Source: Amphiscolops sp. MND2022
Lineage: Eukaryota
Assembly: GCA_964187785.1 (NCBI GenBank)
Contig: OZ076409.1
Span: forward strand, 34,040,001 to 34,104,000
DNA length: 64,000 nucleotides
Direction of reading: 5' to 3'
Translations under genes and position numbers: made by a program
The notes under the pieces: generated by a model
Seen by the model: the letters and a program-made list of their open reading frames with translations, nothing else
What the model was told of the DNA's origin: nothing
Databases searched by the model: none
Part shown: in pieces, positions 1-9,800 of the stretch
Layout: each line of letters begins with the position of its first letter
Position numbering within the stretch: position 1 is the stretch's first letter

Positions 1-36
1 GATAGTTTCAAACCTGTCTCCAATTTTCTAGACTCA

Positions 37-1095
37 ATGCCATCTAACTCTCAGGATACCGAGCCGGAGAGGAGCATAAGGACTCCCAGTCCTAGTTTAG
101 TATCGTCGTCTAAAAGATCTTCTCTCCATGAAGCCAGTATTCAGTTTTATCAGAAACAGGATCAACAATTAGAGGCCCTGGAGCAACAGATGGGTGAAAT
201 ATCAATCTCGTTGGTACAAAGTGAGATACGTATGGAGAAATTGTTAGCACGAGTGCTAGCACAAATGCAGTCGATAAATGCAGAAGTGCAGGCACACCTC
301 AGAAATGCCGAGATCAATGTTTCAAACGACGTCAAATCAGAACCATTGACACCGCTAACAAAAGACATGGAGGTGGACCCAATATCTTTGGACACTACAA
401 CTATAGGTATTACTGACACTTTGCCTGAATATCACGCCGGTGATAATGGGTTGCGCGAGCGCAACCTCTACTCAAGTGATACGAAGAATGAACGAATATC
501 TATCTCATCCTCCATTTCCCTATCGCAAGATTCTGTAAGCAACTCTCACTTCCCTGGAACAAAGTCCCTAATATCAACTACGAAGTTGCTACCGAATTTG
601 CTGAAAGACTCCTTGGAGCCACATTCTGCTAAACGTGGGCTACAGGATTTTATTCAGGTGGACCCGCCAATCTTCATCAATTGGTTGCCTGGTGGTTCAG
701 CTAAAACTCGACCAACTGGTCATAGACGTGGTCGACCACCGCGCACAGACTTTGAGCACTCATGGCAAAAAGTTCTGCTGTCCCTTTATGATGGACGTCG
801 CCGTGGCCGTCCACCACGCCCAGCTTTACCATGGTCGCTTCGACCGAAGGGACATAGGCGTGGCCGTCCTCCGAACAACTATTCCAGTCTTGAGACAGAC
901 CCAGTCTCCAAGATTTTCTTTACCGGATTTCCTGATGCTTCATGCTTGTTGCACGTCCTGCTGCTATTGGATGGTGATGTCCAAACCACACTCCACTTCT
1001 TTTCAAAGGGGGAGGAGGTGTCGTCAACGCCTAATTTGTCCTGCTGCATTTTTATGTCAGGCATTCAATTTTGTCCATTCCTCACTATCATGTGA
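37..1095 (+). CDS. 352-aa ORF of unit 0: predicted coiled coil, segments similar to the array polyprotein N-terminus, three (G)xRRGRPP AT-hook-like repeats; frame is open back to base 1
   Basis: Long ORF with heptad-like QQLEALEQQMGEISISLVQSEIRMEKLLARV. KLLPNLLKDSLEPH resembles KLLPSLLKDSFEPH of the polyprotein. Repeats are GHRRGRPPR, GRRRGRPPR and GHRRGRPPN. Confidence 0.6.
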   Translation: MPSNSQDTEPERSIRTPSPSLVSSSKRSSLHEASIQFYQKQDQQLEALEQQMGEISISLVQSEIRMEKLLARVLAQMQSINAEVQAHLRNAEINVSNDVKSEPLTPLTKDMEVDPISLDTTTIGITDTLPEYHAGDNGLRERNLYSSDTKNERISISSSISLSQDSVSNSHFPGTKSLISTTKLLPNLLKDSLEPHSAKRGLQDFIQVDPPIFINWLPGGSAKTRPTGHRRGRPPRTDFEHSWQKVLLSLYDGRRRGRPPRPALPWSLRPKGHRRGRPPNNYSSLETDPVSKIFFTGFPDASCLLHVLLLLDGDVQTTLHFFSKGEEVSSTPNLSCCIFMSGIQFCPFLTIM

Positions 1096-2205
1096 AAGAG
1101 GGTGCTCAACAACTAAGGCCCGGGGAGTCAACTAAGGCCCGGGGAGCCTCAGTTGAAGACAAACACCCCTACACTCATCAACTCAATTGGATAACACCTG
1201 GAGGATATCACTACGTTTGGTAATGGATACCTTGCAGCGTGATGTTCTTGTTGGAGCAGTTTTTTCTGCAACTTTGTTTCGTAATTTTAGTAGTCATGTA
1301 AACGTACGTCGCGACATTTTTGTTCTAGTTTTATTTGAGATGTTTGAAATCAAATACTTCTGTTAATTCAATAAATAACCCAAAAACTCTACATGTATTG
1401 CTACGCCCGAAAGGTGCTATTTTTGTTTTTCCAAGATTTCCAGAAGTTTCCTCCAGATTCCAATGTGATATCCGGAAAAATAAAGAACGCGCGCGATCCT
1501 GATCTGCAAATGGCAGGATTTGATCTACCTTTGTCTGCTTTACTCCAGTGCTTGCTCTTACGAGCAGTTCGTAGTTTGCTTCTGATGCGCTCCTTGACAG
1601 ATGCTACTGAACTCTATACAGGTATGGAGCTGCACATCAGTGCGTGTTGTCCAAACTAAGCCGAACTGTAAAAAAAGTATCAAAGAAACAGCTCGTTTTC
1701 CTTTTAAACAGTGGTTTTGCTGCTGAAAAGAAGTTTTAGCGAAAAGAACTTTTAACTGTGCTGCAGACTGAAATTTTATTGCCGTGGAAAAGATGTTTTG
1801 CTGAGAACCACGTGCGCTTCGGAGTGTGAGCGCTCCGTAAAAGAAATTTTAGACGTCCAAAAACCAAAGTGCTAGCAGGATCCTATTCAGACTTTTGCAG
1901 AAAACTCGTGCTAAAAAAGTGGTGCTTTTTTGATTGATGTATGGAATCTTGGATTTGATTAATTTCAAGGTGCATTTTTGAGTACTGGTTTTCTAGCTCT
2001 CGAGCTAGCTCTGTTTCAACAGTTTCTGGACGATGCAGGTTCTCTGGATGGCAAGAAGCAAGACCTCATGGTTGCCCAATCAGCAAAAGATGACAGTGCC
2101 ACTGGACCGTTGCACCATCACCAGTTTGAGACCCCCGTGGATTGCACTCATGATGTGGCGATGTATTCAATGCCAGCTTCTCCGCATGACAGGGACGTCA
2201 TGCAT

Positions 2206-2221
2206 AAAGCCCGGGGAGTGA
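2206..2221 (+). promoter_or_regulatory. PPT-position motif AAAGCCCGGGGAGTGA before LTR1 (also 16257-16272, 30484-30499, 44533-44548, 58582-58597)
   Basis: Purine-rich tract directly abutting TGTAAC at every LTR start; it is interrupted by CCC. Confidence 0.7.
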
Positions 2222-3004
2222 TGTAACGGCAAGCTCTGGTACAGCAATATCAACCGATTTTGCAACTTTGACATGTTCAGAAATTTTGTCAAAAATTCTA
2301 ATCCGATGTGTGACGTGGCACTGAGCATGTGATTGCTCTTTTCGCTGTTTCCACGAAATTGGCAGGTACTTCGACAACAAAGAGCAAGAACGAGCAAAAA
2401 TACGGGCGCGCCGCCATGACAGAAGCCAGAGACGGCAAGAACATCCGAAAATAGACTCTTTTTGAGGTGCTAACACCGGTTTTTATTGATTTTCAGCATT
2501 ATGAGCATTATGCTACCCTATGTAGCGGAAACCGTAAAAATGAGTCTTTTCGCTTAAAGATCCTTGTTTGGTGCTTGGAGCCCCTGCGCCCCAGCTTTTT
2601 AGCTGTGTGGTTTGCCATATTCGTGCCTGTTTTCATGTATTTTCAGTGATTTTGGCTGTATTCAGTAGCGTTAGCGCTAGTTTAGATCTTATTCCCCAAT
2701 TTTAGATCTTATTCACATGTCACCCTGGAACTGGAAATTTACCTTATTCTTGGCATTGTTTTTATATGCTAGTTAAGCGGTGGTCTTTAGAGAGCCAGAA
2801 AGATGCCCGTTACTATTAGCAATCAAAGACTAGGACCGGTTGGACAGTATTCGTCGAAGCACCCGCGGCCCCGGGACGAATTTCACCCCTGGAGGCAAAA
2901 TGGATCTGTGGCGATGGGCGCCTGTCCCGAGCGATTCACCCATTCCTGCAGGTTCCTCCACCTCTGTTAACGTGTTAAGCGACCGATAACTGCTTGCCGT
3001 TACA
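2222..3004 (+). repeat. LTR1 (783 bp)
   Basis: TG...CA ends with a perfect 13-bp inverted repeat (TGTAACGGCAAGC/GCTTGCCGTTACA). PPT upstream, PBS downstream. It is 10 bp longer than the other LTRs (9-bp duplication near 2496-2513 plus one T). Confidence 0.9.
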
Positions 3005-3019
3005 TGAGACCTCATTTTT

Positions 3020-3036
3020 TGGCGACCACAGAGGGA
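3020..3036 (+). promoter_or_regulatory. Primer-binding site TGGCGACCACAGAGGGA, probably tRNA-Arg (also 17061-17077, 31288-31304, 45337-45353, 59386-59402)
   Basis: Begins with TGG (complement of tRNA CCA) just after the LTR. Nearly complementary to the 3' end of metazoan tRNA-Arg(UCG), recalled as ...UCCCUUCGUGGUCGCCA. Confidence 0.8.
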
Positions 3037-4097
3037 TCGCTTCCGATTACTGCCCTATTATATGGTTTTAAAATTTCCGACCCCCTGGTATTGGACGCCA
3101 AGAACGATTGGACTCTGGAAGGAGACGTTTACCCAGAGTTTTTCCAAATTTTTTAGATGATATGACGTTGTATTTTGGTGTTTTTCCAGTCTTTCGGGGG
3201 ATTTTCCCGAGTACCTTTGGTATATTTCGAGAACAGGTACTTGTTGACAGATATCGTCTAAAATTGCAAGGTTCCCATCAGCGGGTATCTTTTTTGCAGG
3301 TGTAGAGGACCGTAGCACGTGGCTACGGGTGTTTAACAGGTTTTTTGAGCTATTTTCAGCCATTTTATGCCATGCAAGAAGGTGACTGGTGGATGGTTAG
3401 CCACGAGCCAGCGAGGCGACAGAGGGGTCAAATCGTGTGTTGCCTACTTCCTACTCCCATTTCTCGTGGAGACGTCCTAGAGGCATGGTTTTTGGTGGAC
3501 AGCAAGTGCAATAGCAGACGATGCTAATGGTCCAAACCGCGTGTCTCTATCTGGTCTGGATGTGGAGAAAAAACGTGGTGAAGATGTGACCAGAAGTGTC
3601 GCTCAAATGGCTCATGGTGGGCGAAAATTTTGAAAATGAACCTTTTTCGATGGGGAATTGTTTGGTAAGCCTAGTTTCCTCTTGTTGCAACTAAGTGTGT
3701 GCTTTTGCACCTGTTTTCAGTGAAAAAAGTGCGATTTTTAGTGCAAAAGTCGCAAAAACGTGATTTTTGGCATTTTTGAGTACTTTTCTTGGTACGAGCG
3801 CGAGCGCTCGAAATATTAGCCACAGCAGTTGCAAAAATGAATAGAAAGCAGCCCAAAACCTCGAGGGTTATGCTACATAATGTAACGACAACCAGAAAGG
3901 CCGTTGGAGTCCTTTTTGAGACACATTTGGCATGAATAAACCCGGTTTTTGGCGAAATTGGCAAAAAACCACTACGAAATGCCACTGGGAGAGTGCTGGA
4001 TTGTGATGTAATTGCCTCTTCCGTGCTGCTATTAGTTTGGGGCACACTCCACAGTACCGAAAATAGGATTTAAGAGAGTTTGTAACGTTTTCTTGGT

Positions 4098-4460
4098 GAG
4101 AACAGGTCGAAAAACCTTGATTTTTGGCCAGTTTCAGGAGTGCCAGAGTGCATCATTAAAACCTCTGGGGCACTCAGTGTTTTCGAGACCTGGGAGCCCG
4201 CACGCTCTCATTTTCTGTTTTTGTAGTAAAAATAACGCATTGTGGTGAAAACCGCGTGCAAAAATTCCTTTTCAGTGCTGAGAAAAGTTGAAAAACCTTG
4301 ATATTTAGTCGGTTTCAGGAGTGTCTGAGTACACAATTAAAACCACATGGGCACTCTGTCTTTTTGTTAGCTAGGAGCTTCCGCGCTCTAATTTTCTGTT
4401 TTTATCACAAAAATAACGCGTGGTGGTGAAAACCGCGTGTAAAAACTCCCATTCAGTGCT
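4098..4460 (+). repeat. ~181-bp tandem repeat in the leader, 2 diverged copies (also 32375-32737, 46424-46786, 60473-60835)
   Basis: GAGAAnAnnTnGAAAAACCTTGA...TTTCAGGAGTG...GGTGAAAACCGCGTG recurs at 4098 and 4280, with a partial start at 4461. Confidence 0.85.
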
Positions 4461-6843
4461 GAGAAAAGCGAAAAAACGCACTGAATTTGATCAATTTTCC
4501 ACAAAATCGGACTGTCTCTGAGCTAGGGTCGGGTCATCGATTCCTGAACCCTAGCCAAAAAGTGGTTGCATTTTCGTAACCACCACAAAAATTAACGTTA
4601 GTGCCGAAAATTTGGTGGGCGTATCGCTCACCAAAGTCGAGAAAAACTCTCTGACGTTTCGACTTCAGAGAAGCGTGAAAGGACCGAAAAAATCCAAAAC
4701 TGCAGGACTGTCAGTGCCTTATACCTAACGGGCACAACCAATTGAGGGTTTATCCCAGTGCTACGGATAGTGGGGCGACACGTTGGTCCCATTTTGCCCG
4801 CCGTATCACTTTCTGAGGTGATCCTCTTGGTCAATTTGTGAAAAAAGTCGTCAAAAACAGTGTTTTTTCGTGTACAACGTACATAGTGGGTCGAAACCTC
4901 AAATAAGCGCTCGCGCTTCAATTCGACTATATCAGTGGCATTGTAGGTGCCCACTGGCATAGACTACCAAGTTTGGTGCCGATTTGTGTGATACTTGTCG
5001 AGAAAATAGGAAAAACGCGGTGCCCAAAAAAGTGCGCAAAAAGGCAGTTTTTTCTTAATTTTTCCAAGTAACCCGGGCACCTCAGCCGACGGGTGGGGCT
5101 ATATTGCAGCCCACCATCGTAACCTGTGCTAGTTCCTACGTTGCTGCAGAGAATTTGAGCTTGCTAGCTTTTTCCAGTGGACCGCAATCTTGAAAAAGAC
5201 GTGAAAAACAGTGCTTTTCGGTACATAGTGACACCGCACGTCTGTTCCTAGGTGAAACTGTGTAGAAGGGGTGCAGCTCAATTCTGTGTTCATTTTCGTA
5301 AACCTACGTGTACCTAAGATCTGCTGGTCAATTTTGGGCTAGATACAGCGCTTCCAGCGCACACATGAGCCTCTTGAGTATTGTGGTGCGATTTTTGGAA
5401 AATCCAAAAATTCTTTGAAATTCTTCCTGTGGGTGACTGGAGACTTTTTGCCCTAAACCAGGTTGATTTTCTGGCCCAGTGTGCTTGTGGGAAAGCGTTG
5501 TGCAAATTTGAACAGCCTACGAGCCTTAGAACGTGTTTTGAAAAATCTTGGACGTTGAAAAACATCAATTTTCTTAAGTCCTCACCGAGACGAGCAGAGG
5601 GCCAAATCCTTGAGGAGACCCCCTGCAAGCATACCAGCGTCTATTTCACTACTCTAACAGCGTGATTGGTGCCTACTGACAGCGTCTACCAAGTTTGGTG
5701 TCAATTGGTATTGTATCTGTTGAGAAATTGACTAAAACAAACTGCACAAGAAGGTGCGCAAGAAGGCGAATTCTACGAAGTCTGGTGGGATTGCCTGAAC
5801 ACCTTATTCAAAGAGTGGGACCAAATTGCTGCCCACTATCGTAATCAGTGCAAGTTTATCGTATTGTTGCCGAAAAACGAGCTCGGGAGCTCTTTGCTGG
5901 TTGCCGGAATCTGAGTTGACACGTGAAGAACACTGCATATTGAGACACGGTGATACGGGACGTCAGTATCAGATCTAAATCTTGCCCAGTGGTCTGAATT
6001 CTCATTGATTAATTTTGTAGTGTAGCTGGCTGTACGTGTGATTGCGTGACCAATTTTGAGCCCGATACCACGTTTCCAGCACTTGTAAAAGCCATCTGAG
6101 TGATTTTCGAAAACAGTTGAAAAATCCAAAAATCGTTGAAAAAGGCTCTAGCTCGAAGCTGGAGGCAATCATCAGCTACGGAAGGTTATTTTTCTGACTT
6201 GTGTGGCTGACAAATTGTGCTGTGTCATTTTGTACCCAGTACGAGTGATAAAACTGAATTTGACTTTGTTCAGACACACGTTTTGAACGAAAATCCCGAA
6301 AACGCCAGAAAAACTATCAGTGTAAATCCTCAATACTTCCGCTGTACAGGAGGCAGACCCAAAAAGCCTTCATTTTCCAACGGAAGGGACCCAATAGACC
6401 CTCCTGGGTGCAAACGAGGCAAATCCCACGGTTCAAAAAAATTGCCGGCAGGGGTCATAAATTTTGGACTCCTCTGGAACTTTGAAATTTGATCCTGAAC
6501 AGTTCGAGGCAGCAGTTTTAAAGTGCCTGCGACGCACTCTGGACTACATTTTCCAAACGAAAATCTCTAGGAGTTACCTGGAGCAGGGTTTTCGATATCC
6601 AAAAGATACCCTGAGTGTTCCGACTTAGCCAAAATCACAAGATTTTGGGAGGAGCAACTTCCTAGTGACGACAAAATTGAGCGGATTGCCCGAGTGTGAC
6701 ACCTTTTTGAACACTCTGGTGCCTCATTTTGGTGTTATTTCGCTGTATCGAGTAGCACCAACGCCGAGTATTACGCCAAATTTGCAGAGAACTCTTTTGG
6801 GCAATTGCAAAATACCCAAATCTCTCGAGGTTGAGAGGCGAAG

Positions 6844-9800
6844 TTGCTACCGAGTTTGCTGAAAGACTCCTTTGACCCACATCCTGCTACATCTAACGCT
6901 GGAATGAAACCTTCGGAACAATTCCAACGCCTCTGCTTCTTTTTGAAGGGGGGAGAGGGGACCAGCGCAGTACAACCAATTGATGAACCGGCCTCGATAT
7001 CTTTGAACAACGCAACCATGGGCATGGCTCACACGTCGCCTAGGGATCGAGGCGGGTTGCTCGAGAGCAATCATGGTACTGATGACCCAAAAGATGAATT
7101 GATATCTCCCGAACATTTGAAATTCACGGAGGCGATATCCAAAACTATAACTAAAGCGTTGGCTCCCTTGATTGCCAATCGTGATCAAACCGCTGTTCGA
7201 CCAACCTTATACAGAGGTTCGAAAGACGGGACTGTTGAAGAGTGGTTGCTCGTGATGAAACGGTATTTGGAGCGAGTTTATTCCAATGCTTCACCTGTCG
7301 ACAAGGCCTGGGCGATAATCGATCACTTAGGTGATGAAGCTCGGAGTTTTATAATCAACAAACCGGAGTCCGAACGGGATTCTCACGAGAAGGTGACTAC
7401 CTTGCTCTCCAGCAGATTTGGGACTGGGAAAAGTCGCTGGCCAGTGAGGCAGGCTTTCAGGTTGCGGAATCAGCTTGAGAAAGAGGGCTTGATGCAGTAT
7501 CTAGATGCATTAGAGGGTCTGAGGAGTCAGGGTTTTCCTGATGAGCCTATCACTACCCGACGCTATGAAATCTTGCATCGGTTCATGGATGGGGTCAGCG
7601 ATCCCGTGTTGCAACGAGAACTGACGGTAGTGTTTGCGACTGAGGCGTATCTAGTCGACCCACCTACCGTGGAGTCACTTCGGTTCACTGTACAGGAACT
7701 CCAAAGGAGTCGTCACCAACAACAGCCTCGTGACCCAGGGTGCACCGAGACTGTACCTTATCAGTACCTACAGAGCGACGAAGTGCCGGGGTCACCAGTG
7801 GCTCCGCAGCATGAATTGCTGCCACCCCTTGCACTCCGGTCGGCGCGATTGCCGATGCCGGCTGCGTCAGTACACACAACCCCTGAATACAGACAGACCG
7901 CAACCTTAGAGCAATCCGCGCGCTGCTTGCAGAGTGCTTGCGCGAGACGCAAGCTGGTGGTGCATCGCCCGGAGCATATTCTTGACCCACATAGTGAGCC
8001 CCAGCAAGGTGCTGCAGCAGCGGTTCCAGCGCCTGCTGTCCCAGTGAAATCGTGCACAACTGAGGTGTCTGCAGGTTGTCCAACAGTATCAATCCAGTCA
8101 GAAACTTCCAGCCCTAGGGCTGAAGAAAAGAAGAAAACGGATGCAACGCAAACCCTGTCTACTGCCTCTGGCAGGGTATTAATGCTACGTCCAGCTGACC
8201 AAGCCACCGTAAATGCTCCATTGACTGTCACCTGTGGCACAAAGCAGGTGCAGACAGGTTTGGAGTCCACAACGTTTGACCCTAGTGGCCGGACTTTATT
8301 GTCTGTACACCTAGTACTGGCCTCGGAGCAACAAATACGCCCAGATTTGACCTTGGAAAAATTGAAGCTCGAGTTAGCTAGCAATTCGGCTGTCAAAAAG
8401 ATCTCCTTACCACTGCCAGAAGAATGGTATACTGAAGGCGAAGCTAGTACGTGCACGGCATACACCCCAGTTCCTGTGCATGCCAACATAGATGGCGTGG
8501 ACATGAAATTTGATGCCAGCGTGGTAGTAGATGTGTTCCCTCAAGGAGTGTGTCTAGGGCCACATGAATTACGCTGCTACAGCATCAGCAAGCAGGAGCC
8601 CAAGGGTGAGGCCCGCATAGATGAGCATGCGTCGCTCGTTGTATCTTTTGCAGTGCCAGATGCCAGCCCTATTCCACTGAGAGGAATGGTCGACACGGGG
8701 TCAGGCGTATCAATCATGAGTTTCTCAGCCTTCAACCGTGTAGCCTTGCGGACTGGTGTAGCGCTACAACCTTACCGAATCGACTTGTATGCTGCTAATG
8801 GGAAGACGATGAAAACTTTTGGAATAGCGGAGAGTGTGCGCTTCCAACTTGGTGGATATGAACTCGAAACAAATTTCGTGGTCGTTGATGACGCACATGG
8901 CTTGGAAGATTTCTTGCTGGGTAGGAATTTTCTGCGAACAAACAACGTGCTGGTAGATCTGACCTCCATGAAAATTGTGGTGCGAGCACCGGCTAAGCCT
9001 GTGTGGCATCACGCACACGCCCAGACGAGTGACGAAGCTTTATCCAGCACAGTAGTTTTGGATCAAGACGTAGTGCTCCAGCCATTTGAACGTGCTGTTT
9101 TACGAGCTAAGTTGGTCACTTCGAACTTGGAAGCTTTTGCTTTCAGTAATGTTGTGATTAACTTTGCAACACCGAACCGATTGCTGAAGAACACTATATT
9201 CGTGGAAGACACTATAGCCACTGTTGGAGAGGCAGGTTCGTTCTATGTCTCTGTTGGCAATCTGACAAGCAATGCCCAAAAAGTGAAGTGCGGCACCATG
9301 CTTGGTACTGCTGCGCCAGTACGCCTAGTCTACCATGCAGTTCCCCAATGTGTGCTAGCGCATAAAGGCGAGAGTGACGAAAAATCGGACTCCCCAAATG
9401 AGTTCGTCAACAGGGTCTATTCCGAAATGGACCTGAACTCGCATTCAAGATGTTCGTCGTCGTCGGAGTTCGAGTTTCTCTCCTCTACAGACCCATCGGA
9501 GGAGGGGTTGTCAGAGCGCGAGATCAGAAAGCGCACTGACCCTGATCTCTTGGCCCCTATTCCTGGACCCGAATCTCAGTTAGAGGAGGTACAGAAGTTG
9601 TGGGGACAGACTGCTCGCGACTCGCTGAACAACATCCTAACGGAATTTGATGACCTATTCATGAAGCACAAAGCAGACATTGGTCGCTGCACAATAGCCA
9701 AGCATCCTGTTGAGTTGGAGCCTGGGGCTGTACCGCATCGTGAAGGTGCTCGTAGAATGTCTCCTGACAAGGCGGAGCGTGCCAATCAGGAGGTACGCAA

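Larger units (their letters stand above)
1..3004 (+). mobile_element. 3' part of a related but different LTR element (unit 0) ending in LTR1; possibly non-autonomous
   Basis: 1370-2221 matches the array's 3' UTR (15415-16272), and 984-1153 is a diverged match to 15268-15413. Positions 1-980 are not the pol/macrodomain end found at this position in the other units. Confidence 0.75.

Noticed and set aside
2216..2221. Target-site duplication at the left end of the array
   Set aside because: LTR1 is preceded by PPT and 3' UTR, so the true insertion boundary lies outside the window.
4098..4460. CRISPR-like array
   Set aside because: Long tandem units without unique spacers, no cas genes, eukaryotic retroelement context.
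3058..6880. 60-124 aa ORFs on both strands of the leader
   Set aside because: No recognisable motifs, and starts and ends vary among units. Recurrence only reflects DNA near-identity.
7761..8504. 247-aa antisense ORF (and other antisense ORFs within gag-pol)
   Set aside because: Shadow frames of the long sense ORF with no independent coding evidence.
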